53,638 nt of DNA, filler included, from Porpidia crustulata (GCA_964255105.1; 3 parts of 3 records of this genome joined end to end with filler, not necessarily neighbours in it), one strand, 5' to 3'; positions 12,815-26,866 are shown, numbered from the whole stretch's first letter. The notes: a model not told the origin generated them from the letters alone. A program made the numbers and translations.

Positions 12815-14181
12815 CTATGGCTTTGACGTTGCAGCACTCTCATCCTCCTCCTGACTCTTGACGATCTCCCTCCACTGTCCCATGAATTCTGTCAGCCCTG
12901 CCTGCCCGTTCCCGCCAGCATCGACAATGTCTCTGGGCAGCTTATGTGCACTGTACTGTGGAGTATTAAAGCTGTAGGCTTCGGGATCATCACGATTCAC
13001 AAGTCGAAATTCAGGGACATATGGGAGGTCTTCTTCATAATCTTCATCTTTAGATTCATTTACGTCCTCTTCCCATTCTTGCTCAGCCTCTCTGCCTTCT
13101 TTTCCTTGTTCAAGAGCATCATCTACGTTACGTAGAGCCACCGTTTGACCTTCATCGTTCATGTCGAGTATCTCTAGCCATGAGAATAGTAAAGGATCTG
13201 TGCGAGGCGCCCATGGATTGATATCTACGAGCCATACTTTGGTATGCGGAGGCGGAATGTAAACATCGAACACGAAGCTATCGTCTGGAAACGTCTTCTT
13301 TAGATTTGTGTCGAAGAAGCTCTGCGTCAATAATCGCAAGGTAGGTAACATTCCGGGTAGGAAGGAGTAATGATTAAGATCGCGTTGACAAACGCAAAGA
13401 AGCTGGCGAGAGCGAACGAAACATCGGAATTCAAGGGAAGTGACGAGGGCGGTAATAGTCTTACGGAGAATAAGATGGAAAGGTATGTCATATACTTGTA
13501 AAGGAGGTGTAACATCTATGGGGCTAGCAACGCCGTGGTTGATAGATTCAGAAGATCCAGTCAGGTCCGATCCAAGCTTGCTGTCATCTTCGCAGTCATC
13601 GAAGGCTTGCTCGAGGTCATGGGTGATAAAGTCCGAACTTTTAAGTAGTAGATAGATATCATTTGGTGTACGGCATTCCATGCTGTTTGTTGCCGATATC
13701 CATGTTGCATCTTTAGGAGCAGACCAATTTAGTTTGGGGACAATATTGCCTCCTAATTCAGCGATTATGGATTTTATTCTTTTATGGATCTCAGGCCAGG
13801 CGAAGGTCGGATCTACTTGTTCTTCATCTTCAGAATCTGAGCCAACATCCGATGATGCGGTCGAAAAGATACCACTGTCTGTGTCTGTAGTGTTAGTTTG
13901 GTAATCTTCGTCTTCTGATGGCAGGACTATGCCATCCGAGCGTAAGTATTCGACGAATGGGGTAGTCAGTGGTAGAAGGCGAGCTTTTGGCGTTATGGAC
14001 CGATAGCTGCTAGAGTTAATTTTCAGATATAGTAAGACGGTACACTTTCCTACCGGGAATACCACGAGTGATATGAACAATTAAGGATATGCGTCTTCGT
14101 AGTGGGTGGAAAGGGGAGTTGCGTTAAAGGCTCCATGGGCGAAGAAGATTGATCTTCGAGATCGTCATTGGCAGCAGTCAT
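12815..14181 (-). CDS. CDC123: Cdc123/D123 eIF2 assembly protein (ATP-grasp)
   Basis: [66 protein letters not shown]; intron 14007-14053. Confidence 0.95.
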
Positions 14182-14483
14182 TATGAGGACGATATCTGGA
14201 ACTTTTTTAACGATGAAGAACCTGCTACGTCCGAAGGATTTTACCAGAGGGCGACTAATTTGGTTTCTACAAGTACAATTGGTGAATGACAGCGAAATGA
14301 CTCTGATAAAAGGCTTATCTTATCTGAGATGATCTCCATTGCCTTGGCGCCGACTCGCCGATTCGCCAAAGCCATTTATACTGCTCAAAGTACATCCCTC
14401 AAACTTCCTCATTCCAATATATCTACTCAGATAATGAAGCGGTAGATTCAAAACTCTTTAAGTCCACAACTTCATATATCGTT

Positions 14484-15018
14484 ATGTCTTCCAATGTCGG
14501 TCTTACGACTCCACGCGGTAGTGGTACTTCAGGCTACGTCCAGCGGAACCTGTCCCACCTTCGACCTCGCGACACTTTCGCACCTTACCCAAAGGACTAC
14601 GACGATGTGAAACATCGGCAGCGAAAGCCAGATAAGGATATTTTGAATCATGACCGGCTACGTGAGATTGAAGTCAAGGTCTATGACCTGCGGGATAAGC
14701 TGGAGGAAAACGAGTAAGATAATACATCAGAGACACATCACGCGCTGATCTGTGATTTTCTTACACAGGGTTGATGAAGATGAGATAGAGTTGCAAACAG
14801 AGGCACTTCGGAAAAAGCTTTTGGCAGGAAATGCGAATGGAGACAAATCCACTGCGAAGGGACAACTGAAGCCTCATCAGGTTCACGAAATGGCCGCTGC
14901 GAAGATTGAGGAAAGTGAGAAGCTGAGGAAGGCGCTAGGAATTAGAGAGGATTATGAAGAAGGGAGCCACTGGAAGAGGCAGGACGAACGACTGAGGAAT
15001 GGTATTGGTGATAAGTGA
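14484..15018 (+). CDS. CWC21: Pre-mRNA splicing factor Cwc21
   Basis: MSSNVGLTTPRGSGTSGYVQRN; RKPDKDILNHDRLREIEVKV; intron 14714-14768. Confidence 0.95.
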
Positions 15019-15387
15019 TGGGATGCTGGTGGGGAGGCATATTGAGCGGAAGTGAATTTTTCAACAATTGAAATTCACATTCATGGCACCGGCGTTGGAA
15101 GCGCAAGATACCATTTGCATTTTTTACATATTTAAGGATCGTATCAGAGTGCCGTAGTTAGAGTTGCAATTGAGTGGACGTGGCCAAGATTAGCTCTGAC
15201 TAAGCAGCCCTGGCTTTAAGTGGAAGCTTTCTCAATTGTGTCCTCGAGGCGGTAGGTAAATCGTTGTGTTCTGGAAAGTCATGAAATCTTATCACCTACT
15301 TATGCATGGTTCATTCGTGTATGCACCTTCCAAAATCTCCGAGAGCCTGTAGTGGTGAAGCACGTCTAAGATTTCGAGCCCCCTCAG

Positions 15388-17849
15388 ATGGAAATCAATG
15401 CTACAGGTGTTACATTGTCAAAGAACGAATTCGACGGAATAATACATGCTGATTCCGGTACCCGGAAGGTGCAAGAAGACGCATCACAGGCGCACAACAA
15501 GAGAAAGGAGCTTCACTTTAAAGCGTCGCATGGCCTGCTGATCGGATTGTTCTTGTGGATTTTGTACGCTGCTAGAAACCCATAAGCCTCCATCACCTCT
15601 GATACCTACAGATGTCTTCATGCCCTTGGAATTTACTTCTTCACCAAAGGGTTTCTTCTTACTCGACTGGTCCTTGACCATAAATCAGAATGCACCGTAC
15701 CTCCCTTAGAGCTCGGTCTACCAAGCCATGGCTCATATATAGGCGGATGCTGGCATCCAAAGACGTTCCGAAAAGCAGTAGTGATTATCATCGATGCACT
15801 CCGCTACGACTTCACAGTGCCTCTCAATGCTTTCGACGCCGAGCCCCGCCATTTCCACAACGCCATCAGAGTGCTTCATGAGACGGCCGTTCGTAGCCCA
15901 CAGAGTGCTTTCCTCCTACCTTTCATTGCTGATCCACCCACTACAACTTTACAAAGGCTCAAAGGCCTGACCACTGGAACACTTCCGGTATTCATCGACG
16001 CTGGGTCCAATTTTGCTGGGACGGCCATTGAGGAGGATAATCTCTTGGCACAACTGAAAAAAGCTGGGAAGAAGCTGGTCCACCTCGGAGATGATACATG
16101 GAATTCTCTGTTCCCGGGTTACTTTGAGGGAAATTCGTCCCATGCGTATGATTCCTTTAATGTGTGGGATCTACATACTGTTGACAATGGAGTGACCGAG
16201 CATCTTCTGCCGTTACTTGGCCCAACCAACAACGCCGAATGGGACGTGATTTTTGGTCACTACCTAGGCGTGGATCATGCGGGACATCGATACGGCCCTG
16301 ACCATGTAGCCATGAGTACGAAGCTGAATCAGATGGACGAGGTCTTGCGAAAGATAATCCAGTTGCTCGATGATGAAACCCTTTTGGTCGTGATGGGCGA
16401 TCATGGTATGGATACCAAGGGTGATCACGGTGGAGAATCTAATGATGAGATTGAAGCTGCTCTGTGGATGTACTCAAAGAAGGGTATCTTTGGGCGAGGA
16501 CATAGCGACATTAAAGAACCGCCGAGAACAGCAAAGGATCGTCCTGTCGGGCAAATTGATTTCGTCCCAACCCTGTCACTACTGCTTGGTGTACCTATTC
16601 CTTTCAATAACCTCGGAGCTCCGATCGCGGAAGCTTTCGTCGGTAATGAGAGCCCCAATTGGAAAAATCTAGCGTCTGTGAATGCTCTTACATCTGCACA
16701 GATTCATCGCTATGAGCATGAGTATTCTCTCGCAAGAGGCCTAGATGGTACTTTATTCTCCAAGTCTTTAGCTCTATGGGACGAAGCACTTGGGTTGTGG
16801 GACAAGTCGAGTAGTAAGAACTACAATACTGACAATTATCGGTATTCCTATTTGGCATTCTCAAAGTACCAGAGAGAGACAATACACGTATGCAGGAGTC
16901 TTTGGGCAAGATTTGACATTCCGAGTATGTTAATTGGCATCTCAATGTTGCTGGCTGCATTGGTGATTTTGGCCGCCTACGCAAGGCATGCAGTTGGAGA
17001 TAGGTCTGAATATACCCCGGCCTATTTGAAAAGAATTGGTATTTTCAGTGCAGCTGGTTTAGCAATTGGAGGAATGGTTGCTCATACCTATCATGGTGTC
17101 TCTCGACTAGATGCATGTATACTTGGTTTTGGTGCAGGTGGTATGGCAGGCTTTGTCTCAATTATAGTCAAGATGCCACGAGCATATTCCTTTACCTTCC
17201 CAAAGTCAATCTGGGGTTGGCTTTCTATCGTGTTTACGCTTTCTCAAGCTGTTGGCTTTGCTTCCAATTCCTACACGATTTGGGAAGATGAGATTTTATT
17301 ATTTTTTCTGAGCACTTTTGCGTGTGCTGCCCTCATCGCCTCTCTTCGCCAGAGCGATGTAAAGGAGATGGTTCTTGGGAGCTCCCAATCCTCGATGTTC
17401 TTTCTCCTTGCTCGGCTAGCCTCCTTATCCCGCTTATGCCGTGAGGAGCAAATACCATACTGTAGATCCACGTATTACGCTTCATCAACGTCTTCGACAT
17501 CCGCTCCCTGGCAGTTACTCATTCCACTTGTGCTCGCAGGAATGCTGCCAAGTTTCATCAAAGGCTATTATGCTGGCACCCGCTCTTACGAGGGCTCAGC
17601 AGTCTTCTGGATCGGCTTTGCCTTGAGAATGGGTCTCACCGCCTCCGCCATTTTCTGGACCCTTGACGCAGCAGATGATCGCGATTTTTTCAATCTTGAT
17701 AAGGCGACTCTGAGGACAATTAAAACCACAGTTGCCCAATTGGTCCTTGCTATCGCCTTCGCCGCCGGCACAGCGACTTTTTATACTGCAAAACCCTGCA
17801 TCAGCATCGAAATGATTTCCAGCCCCAACGTCCCCAATGACACCCAGGA
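15388..17849 (+). CDS. GPI13: GPI ethanolamine phosphate transferase 3 (Gpi13/PIG-O), 3' end lost in gap
   Basis: GIYFFTKGFLLTR, IIDALRYDF, ADPPTTTLQRLKGLTTG, HYLGVDHAGH, GDHGM, GDHGG, SNSYTIWED, CREEQ; intron 15564-15611; frame still open at the N-run. Confidence 0.93.
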
Positions 17850-17949
17850 NNNNNNNNNNNNNNNNNNNNNNNNNNNNNNNNNNNNNNNNNNNNTTAATTA
17901 ATTAANNNNNNNNNNNNNNNNNNNNNNNNNNNNNNNNNNNNNNNNNNNN
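17850..17949. other. Assembly gap with artificial six-frame-stop linker TTAATTAATTAA
   Basis: 44 N + TTAATTAATTAA (17894-17905) + 44 N, 100 nt in total; same construct at 35793-35892. Confidence 0.95.
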
Positions 17950-19033
17950 CCTTTCTTTCCCCTCTTCTCCCCCTCCCGCCCTTTCCTTTCCGTCCCCTTC
18001 TGCGCCGCTAATTTCTTTGTCTCCTTCGCCTGGTCGTCTTCAAGGACGTCTGCCTCGTCGACCCATAATTCTTCAGTGACCCAGATGGGCAGGGCCATTG
18101 TGTTGGGGCCCTTGATGTGCACGGCCCGTAGGTTCCTCCAACCTCTCGGGATAAATTTGTCGATCATTCCAGTTACCACGGCCTCGATGTTTTGGACGAC
18201 GTGCTCGGCTTCCATGGTTGCCAGACCTACGCGCACGGCGGTTGTAACGGTGGGGGAAAGTTGTATTTGTGCGCAAGATATTGTGCGTTCGATTTCTTTG
18301 GCGCATTGCAGTGGGGGAGCGACTGATCTCGTCTCGTTTCGAGTCTTGGACTTGGAGGCTCCAGGGACGGCCTTGGACTTGTCTGTTCTAGGCTTGTAGG
18401 GTTCGAAGTTTACAGGAATGGGCCTCTTCGGGCCGCTGTAGAAGATCTTGCCGAGTACTTTGGGGAGTTTGGTTATTATACGGGAGTCGGCAAGGAACAA
18501 ATCGTGCTCGGCGAGGAGGAGACGGCGAGATTCGAAGGATTTGTAGCGGGCCTGGAGCTTAGAGATACCAATCACTCGGGTTATCTTCTTGGAGAGTTCA
18601 GGAGGAAAGGAGGGATGGGTAATGGTGTCCTTGAAGGGTCGTTGAGGATCTGGGGTTATTAGGCATATCGTGATGGCGGGAGAAGTATAGAGAGAATGCG
18701 GTAGAGGTATTTTGCCGGGTTTGAGGCGCTTCTGATCGATGATGTGCTTTTTGGTGGTAAGAATCAGCCATACTGGCTCGATATCTGAAGACAGGGCAGT
18801 TGATGGATCGGATGTGTCGGCGCTGAGGAGGTTCTTGGATGTCGATGAAGCTTCCTTGCGCAGTACTTCAGATTTAATGTGCTTTAGAAGTGCACTGGAA
18901 GCTTTGCGAGTCTAGAAAATATTCAATTCCAAAGTCACATATCAACTTGGTGGACACATACCTGAGTTTTGTTTAACTGATAGGGCGACTCGGAAGGCCC
19001 TCGAATTACCAATGCAGTAGATTCTGGCGCCAT
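17950..19033 (-). CDS. Ribosomal L1-domain ribosome biogenesis protein (Cic1/Utp30, RSL1D1-like), 3' end lost in gap
   Basis: PYQLNKTQ|TRKASSALLKHI, WLILTTKKHI, RLKPGKIPLPHSL, ICLITPDPQR, YKSFESRRLLLAEHDLFLADSRI, HIKGPNTMALPIW; intron 18912-18961. Confidence 0.9.
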
Positions 19034-19292
19034 GATCAGACTGAATGAGGTTTTGCGAATGGCCTTGAATTCAAAAACGTGGTCGCGATTTCTTGCCGCT
19101 AGGGAAAATATCTCGGCTGGACATGGCCGACACTCCGATGTCAGGGCACAGGGCTGTGGGCAAAGTGGCAGGTAAGGATATAGAGAACGTGCCTATGAGA
19201 TTCAATGTTTACCTACCTAATGCATTTTCAGTATGATCTCGCGTTACATGGGATTCGTTCACTGCAATAACGAGATTCAGTGGATCATTCAA

Positions 19293-20618
19293 TCATTTAT
19301 ATAGCAACTCATCCACCATCTCCCCAATCGCCAACGAACTCGTCAATCCAGGACTTTCAATCCCTAATAGATTAATGAACCCAGGGAAACCGTCCTCTTT
19401 TCTAATCACGAAATCCGAGAACCCATCCCCTTTGCCCTTGGCTACCGCGCCCCCTTTTCCTAGTTTCGGACGAATACCAGCATAGTCCAAGGTGACTTTC
19501 TCCCTCTGGATTCCGGGCATGTATGCCTGGATCTCGTCCAAGGCAGGCCCGAGTCGAGCCTCGCTCACGGAAAGATCACTGGGATCGTCCACCCACTCAA
19601 CGTCTGGGCCAAAGCGGATAGCGCCGGTCATATCCATCGTGAGATGGGTCCCGAGGCCCGCGGCCCCAGTTGTAGGGGCAGGATATACGAGAATCTTTGG
19701 GCGTGGAGAAGGCGCGGAGTAGGCGTAGTAGGAACCCTTAGCGTAGAAAGGTTGAAGATGACGTGATGGGGGAAGAATGCTGTTGGAAAGTGGTATAGCG
19801 GCAAGGCCAGCACTATTAATCAAAGTTTCCGTGGTGATGGAAGATATATCTGAGGTGGAAGGGGAGGCAGTATCAATCCTGTAGCCTTGAGAACCAGAAG
19901 CGAGAGGCTCGACGGCAATTACTGAGGTATGACATGCTAGATCGCCGCCTTTGGACAAGAAATCGGATTCGAGGAATGACATGTAGGTGTGAGAATCGAC
20001 GATTCCGGTGGTGGGGCTCTCAAGCACTGCTTCATTGACTCGGACATCCGGTTCTCTTGCATGGGCTTCGGAAAGGGGGATAAAATGCGTAGGAACGCCG
20101 ATTGAGCCTGCAAATTCGTGTGTTTTCAGGAGAGTTTCGTGTTGCTGGTGATCTTGCGCGAGTATCCATTTCCCACTGTTCCGATATGGTATCCTCTCCT
20201 TCTTACAGAGATCGTACAGCATGTCTTTCCCTTTGAGGCACAGTGCGGTCTTTAGTGAGGACGGCCCATAATAGATTCCAGCGTGAATAACCTGAGAAAA
20301 TCGGTCAGTCTCCTCCACAGCACGAGAGGTCAGGAATTCTACCTCCGAGTTGCGACTACTCGTCTCAGTGCCCACAGAGCCATGTCGCTCTATCAGAAGA
20401 GTCGATCCCTCGCGCTCAGCAAGCTTCCCCGCTATGGCCAGGCCGACAGCTCCAGCTCCAATGACCTAGCTCTTCTTAGCTATCAAAAATGGGTGACTCT
20501 CGGATCAAGGACCAATACGGACCACATGGGTGAAATCTGCCCTTTGAGCTTGGGAAGTTGTGAATGCCCGATTACTGCATGATCTCAGTAGCCGAGGAAG
20601 CAATGGGTGCGCAAACAT
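19293..20618 (-). CDS. L-2-hydroxyglutarate dehydrogenase-like FAD-dependent oxidoreductase, mitochondrial
   Basis: Presequence MFAHPLLPRLLRS...RAFTTS; VIGAGAVGLAIA; GTETSSRNSE|VIHAGIYY; GLGTHLT; FGPDVEW; YAGIRPK; GIESPGLTSSLAIGE; introns 20466-20522 and 20292-20342. Confidence 0.92.
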
Positions 20619-21902
20619 GTCTTTCGGTAATTCGTAACACCGCTGCTACGATGATAAAGATCGGCCATGATAGAGTCTACCAGTCTAGATATGACGCAGC
20701 CGTGCGGAGATAACATTGTTTCTTGACGATATGGCATTCCATGTTAATGAAGTCGATTCCCTCACCAATGGCATGTTAATTCTTGAAACTGAGGTTTGAC
20801 ATGACTTCCACCTGAGTAAGTATCCAATTCGTCTCTCGCCGTTCTATAACCCCAAGCTATATGACTGACGCATCGTATTTTTAATTTCGCACAACCTCTG
20901 TAATTTTCAAGTAAAGTATTGACGAATAATACCCGCTGCCATGAACATCGTTACCTGCCTTAGTCTCCCGTCGTCCTCATCAAACCACGCTATCCAGCCG
21001 ATACACAACCATGCAAGTATTTCCCCACAATTCGACATCTAACACCAGGCTATATTATGCTAGGATCTGGTACCTTGCCATCGATATACGCGCCAGATGC
21101 GCCCCGTCAGAATTGGCTGGTTGGCTGGCTCGCACCCGCACCGCACGGATGGGGTGCTATGATAGGATCCTTTTTCTCCGCATTTCGCAAATCCGCATTT
21201 CGGAGCAACGGGATCATCAGGGTCGTTTTGCCCTCGAGGTATTCGCGCAACGGCGAAAGAAAGAAAAAAGCTTGGGCTTTACACGAGATTTTTGAGTCCG
21301 GGAGAACTTGGCGATGTAGCTACTAGACGAGTTTGATGATAGTCAGTGTGATGAGCCGTAGCTTTGTCTGTGCGCCGCCTGTGCATGTTGAATTCTCCGA
21401 GGCCAACGTGGATTGGATATGCGATGGAAGAACGTGGTTCAACGATGTGGTCAGTGGCCGGTGCGTGAGTCGAAATCAACCAACATTGAGATATTTACGT
21501 GCAACCTAAAGTCTTATTGGTTTCGGTATGCGCGAGACAGATGTTTCAATTTTGATTCAATACTCATGATATCGTATAAATTTAAGGTATGTTCAGAAGT
21601 AGATCCGATTGTTCGTGGTAGCTAGCTAGGTATAGAGCCTTTGTACAGATATGACGAATAGTAAAGTATATACAGACCATTGCAGCATGGCGATGGTATT
21701 ACGTCCGTCTTGCGAACGCCCCCCCAAATGTGAAAATATGCAGCTCTACTATGTTGCCTTCATGCCAAAGATATCCTGATCGTCGTGAGTCTCTTGCTTC
21801 GGATAGCCATTCCATCATTGCGCAACCCAGAAGAACCATCCCATGAGAATGCCAAGTCGACCAACAGGGCTCAGTTGCAGAGCGGTTGAGCTGCCGGCCA
21901 GA

Positions 21903-23360
21903 TCATACAATGTCATCATGCGGACGACGGCCGGCCAAGTGTGTATCTGATGTTGCTTGAGGATACGGCGTATATGATTGCTTATTGGTGGCCAAGGAGT
22001 GAGGAAGCTGGGGCACCGAGTTGTAGGCCGGTAATTGTACAACAGACGGCTTGCGGTCCTTCTCATCCTCCCGGAGGATATCCTCAGAGTGGAAGGCAAG
22101 ACCTGGGTTTCCTGGCTGGTTTATCGTTGATTCGCTTTCACTTCGAGGTGGTGCCTTGCTGTCGCCACTGCTAGAGTTGTTCGGTATATAGTTTAGCTGA
22201 GGGGTACCATGGGACGACTTTCCCCGCCAGGATTTCGGAATAGCAGCGTTTAGAACTGGCAGTGATGCTGCAGTGATGGCGAAGAAAATATCGACTGTGG
22301 TCCACTGGAAGCTTGGAATAGCATTGTCTGTGTATGTATTAGGAAACTCATCACCTGCATAGAAAGTACTTCTTGGAGGCATGACTTACATGTGAAGTCC
22401 TTATCGTTATTATTCTGAATGACCTGTCTCATCACGCTACCAATGCATGAAACAGCCCCGGTAGAGAACAAAAGACAAAGCTTTATCTTCTTCACGGTAT
22501 CCATCTGCATTTTCCACAGCACAATGAGAGGGACAGATAGCAAAGCAAAGTCAAAAAGAATGTGCATAACGCTGAGGAAGATCGGAAGGACCTTGGGGTC
22601 AAGGCATACCGGTGGAGTCGGATTGGACCCGTAACTAACCATCGAAAAATGGACGCGGGCAGGACTGCAATAAAAGAAATTGGTAAATATCACCACAAGA
22701 AGGTAGCAGACAAGCAAAACGAGGAATATGTTATGAGCGATCATCCATCGTTTCGACGTCAGGCCTGTCAGTCGTCGGTTAAAAAGAGTGATGGAGACCT
22801 TGACAAGTCCAACGGAGAAAAAGAAAAGAATTTCGGCCATGGAGACCCACTGTATTGATCGGTTCGATTAGCAGGTCTACTTGCCAGAGACGGATTACTC
22901 ACACTAAAGAACATATCTAGTTCATGATATGTGAGGTCCCACACATGTCTACCAAGTCCACCGTGCATGACCATTCCAATAACAGAGCCTAGCTGGCCAA
23001 TAACACCAACCTGGATCATGGGTTAGCTATCTAACAGCTCCATCGTCGGGACACTGGTAGACATACTGCTGCTGGAATGATTATCCAATCGTCCATGCCC
23101 CACTTCAGATCTTTACGAAAGAATCGAAGTGCAAGACGGGTGCCAGTGATGAGGAAGATCAAGGACATGGCCACACACATTGCGGCTAAAATTGCGGTCC
23201 CCCGTTCATCATCTGAGGCGTGGGGTGGCTTGTGGAATGGAAGTCCCATTTCGGGGTGGATCGACTTGTCTGGGAGACCAGCCTGGCGTAAGAAGCCTTT
23301 GATGATCCAGTAATCATCTTGGGTGTTTGGGGGGTGTCCAACGAGTGCTGAGCCCTTCAT
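21903..23360 (-). CDS. PTH11-like (fungal rhodopsin-domain) integral membrane protein, no CFEM domain
   Basis: RLALRFF...DDWIIIPA, GGLGRHVWDL, GLVKVSITLF, DFALLSVPL..LWKMQM..KKI, AASLP; introns 23011-23066, 22850-22902, 22328-22389. Confidence 0.85.
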
Positions 23361-25193
23361 CTTGGCGGAATTAATGGAAAGTACTAAGCGTGTTGCAATA
23401 AATAGATGGTAGTAACTTTCAGTTTCTGAAGAAGACTGTAGGGCTGTGGTTTATGTGGTAGCACAAAAAGAGAAGTGTGAGATGAACTCCGTCACGCCCA
23501 ATGTCGAAGATGCACCTCGAATAGTCAAGCAAAACTGGAGAGGAATTGAAGGGGAATGCATATGCATGATATACAAAATTCTCCGACGGACACTAGATAT
23601 CGAGACTTGTTTAGGGATTTACTTTCACACTTAATCAAGAGACCAAGAAGCATTCGAGAGTGTGTGGCGCTTGGTGGTTAGCTTGCTTTACACATTAGTG
23701 GTCACTAGTCGGATTGCTTCGTGCCAGCCTTCGAAAGGCCAGTGCGCGGTGGAAAACGAGCCAGAATAAGTACGTCTAGAGATGATCGCACGCTTTGATT
23801 GTTAATAGTGTTATGACCGTAGCTTCAGCTCGAACCCTGCCTTTATTTCACCGACTGTGCCCTCGTTGCGAATTCAGTGAACAATTGCTTTACTGCTGAT
23901 CCACAGGAGCTTGGATGTTTCACTCAAGATTTCGGTAGCGGTCCGTTTCAGCTCGTTGTACCTGAGCCTTTTTTTGGAGCATCCCGCAGGAGGGTCATTG
24001 CTAGGTGAGCTGCATGTCAAGAAGTTGAAGTGGAGACTTAACCCCAGGTCCCTAGGCACCTAGAGTACCTAAGTTTTGGTGTAGCAGTGACCCCAGCATT
24101 ATGTTATGCTAACAAGGGTGTCCTTGGAGGTCCGTGGCCTTTCTTGGATCTCTTTCCAAGGGACGGGAGGGTCGCCCCAACCACCTCGACGAGTGGTGAG
24201 TGGTGAGTGGTGAAAGGTATGGAAGAGGTCTAGAAGCAGAAACAGCGGCCCGTTTCCTTAGAAGAAGCTTGACTAGCGTGACACTCTTGAGCAAATCCTT
24301 GGTATCTTCTCTAAGGTACTCTTTGGCATTTGACCAATTCGTTGTCTCCCAAGCAGCGTCGTGTCCACTTGCAGACTTCCAGTTGAGGCTATTGAGGGCT
24401 ATAGCCTGAAGAATTTAGAGACACTCACACTATCGTCGTTATCGACTACCCATGCACCAGGGAGCGGCCAATGGCAATGGCAGAAGTCCATCTGCGAACA
24501 ACTCATGGTGCACATCAGGTGTTCGTGGCTGCTAGATCTTGAAGGATTCAGGGCTCCAAATCCCTATCATCTGTCAACCAACACACGCTCAGACCGTCGG
24601 CCGACACTCCGGGGTAATCGAGCCAGCTCAACTACGCAATTTGGCATCCGATGTGCATATTTCGCTTCAATACCGAGACTAGGCGAGCAAATGTCGAGAG
24701 CACGCTTAAGGAGATTTGAGATGGGATGCAGAAACCGGCGGGCTGGAATCCACCTAAAATACTCTAATGTGGCCACTACTTCTAAGTACAATCTTAGAGC
24801 TTGAAGTGTAATTTTCCGTATGGACTCGAAATCAAACTGTAATCAAACAGAGATAATGACTAGCTTCACAGCAGCTGAGTTGACGTTGTATCGAGGTACT
24901 GTATCTTAAAATGTCTCGTCCATATGAACATTGATGAATATTCCTATCATGTCTATGCCTTTAATTATGAGGTCGGACTTGATGAACTCCCATCTGTTGT
25001 CTATTTTTACGTTCTTGCATACTGACGTTTGGACTTTTGAATGGTGTGGGAGTAAGCTACATGCAAGGGGTAAGCGCTCCAATACATAAATGTTATTGTG
25101 CATGAATATGTAAGGATTTAGTCAAATTGACGTTTCCCATATCTGGCAGTACTCGGCATGTATCCTAGTGGTGTGCTCACTTCTTGGGTGAAT

Positions 25194-26866
25194 CTAATCT
25201 AGAACCTCTAGCATCTCTTTGATATTCGTGAACTTCTCTCTCACTTTACCTCGTTCTTGTCCTCTCTTCTTCTCTGCCGCGTCGATCTTCTTCCAATCGC
25301 CCCAGTCGACCGTTCGCTTATGGCGTACTTCTGCCTCATTCTTGAGCACGTCCCAACCATCACCTCCCCCAAGGAAAGGTACTTTGTTGGCCCAGTCTAT
25401 AACTATAGCTTCGGCCGTCGCAAAGGCATCTTCCATGGTATTTGCAATGACGCCCGCAGGCCCTCGCTTTACCCACCCCGAGCAATACATACCGGGAATA
25501 TTCACATGATCTGCTGGTCTTGAAGACGGCGCAATAGCACGTCCTTTGCCGTCATTCGAGATGATGCCACGGGCTTCATCGAAATCTATAGTCAAGTTTG
25601 CCATACCGCACATGGCGTTGGACTTGTATCCAATGCTTCTGAAAGCCAAAGAAGCTGGAAGAGTGATCCGGTCACCTGTTATTGTAACCCTGGCAGATGG
25701 CTCGAATATGTTCGGCGCTTGCACACGGGTCTTTGCTAATTCGATTGAGGATAAAGTATTAGGAGCATCATCCGTTTGTTTGAACAAAGTAGGAGATGAA
25801 AAAAACCCTAGCGACCAGGATTTTTGCGCCTTATTTGCGGGCGTCAATGAGCCTTGTGAGAGAAGCTGCGTTAGACGTTTGGATGTTCGTGGAAGTTTAG
25901 TAAGGTCTGGAGGAAGAAACGTAGGATCAATGCTCTCAAAACCCACATGTGGGAGATTCAAAAGCTCTCGGACTTCTCTAATCGTAAAGGCAACCTATAA
26001 ATAAAAATCAATTAGCTGTATGGCGAGCATAACGATCATCGAAGTAACGGACTTGCATTGGACCTCGACGACCAACGATCTGCACTCTTTTCACCCTACT
26101 TTTCGAGAGAGTTGCGAGTGCTTCATCTGTAATATCAGTCTTTCGCAGTGTATCAACGTTGCTTAAAAGTATGCGTGCGACGTCTAATGCCACATTTCCT
26201 TGACCAATGATTATCGCGTCTTCCCCTGCTTCAAGGTGCGGTGCTAGGTCGGCGTATTCAGGTAATCCGTTATACCAGCCCACGAACGCACGTGCAGAGT
26301 AGATGCCCTTTAATTCCTCCTCGCCTGGTATCCCTAGCTTACGATCCTCGGAAGCTCCGTATGCAAAGAGGATTGCATCGTAATGATCTTTCAGTGAAGC
26401 TAGGCGCAAGTCTCTGCCAATATCTAAATTTCCGATGAAATTGAATCGTGGGGATGACGCAACTTCCGAGAATTTCTCTTCGCAATACTGGCAATCATTG
26501 TGTCTTGTCAGTTTGTATACAAAAATGTACATGTGTAATTAGAACATAGCACTAATTCACCTTTACCTCCGGATGATCTGGCGCAACACCAAATCGTACC
26601 AATCCAAAGGGTACTGGAAGACGCTCGTACATATCAACGATTGCCCCTTCAATTGTTGACATCACTTTGTAGGCTGTATAGAACCCAGCAGGGCCTGATC
26701 CGAGGACTGCCATTCGGAACTGTCTTCCATTTTCGATGACCTGACTGCTGTAATGCCTTCGAATCTCAGGTAGTGACAGATTGGGGCTTCGAGGGAACCG
26801 AAGCAGCCTTTGAGACGCGTTCGTAGATTTGCTGCATGTAGATAGTACTCTATGGAGGGCGTTCAT
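25194..26866 (-). CDS. ARH1: NADPH:adrenodoxin oxidoreductase, mitochondrial
   Basis: VLGSGPAGFYTA, PFGLVRFGVAPDHPEVK, ARAFVGWYNGLP, IIGQGNVALDVAR, GRRGPMQ|VAFTIREVREL, GWVKRGPAGVIA; two introns near 26.5 and 26.0 kb. Confidence 0.95.

Noticed and set aside
17894..17905. Palindromic TTAATTAATTAA as a biological motif (also 35837-35848)
   Set aside because: Identical, centred in 100-nt N-runs and stops all six frames: an assembly spacer.
20292..20342. Apparent 17-aa insertion in the L2HGDH SSRNSE-VIHAG motif
   Set aside because: Ordinary-sized 51-nt GT..AG intron that happens to be in frame; retention would break a conserved motif. The same applies to 27482-27532.
20940..21330. Short ORFs as a small secreted protein or relic (also 4800-5430 and 44571-44808)
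   Set aside because: No coherent signal peptide, splice model or family motif that I can defend.
23400..25150. Overlapping 60-147 aa ORFs in the PTH11-like upstream region (also 11500-12800 and 41300-42200)
   Set aside because: No recognisable domains, terminal repeats or RNA-gene signatures; treated as intergenic.
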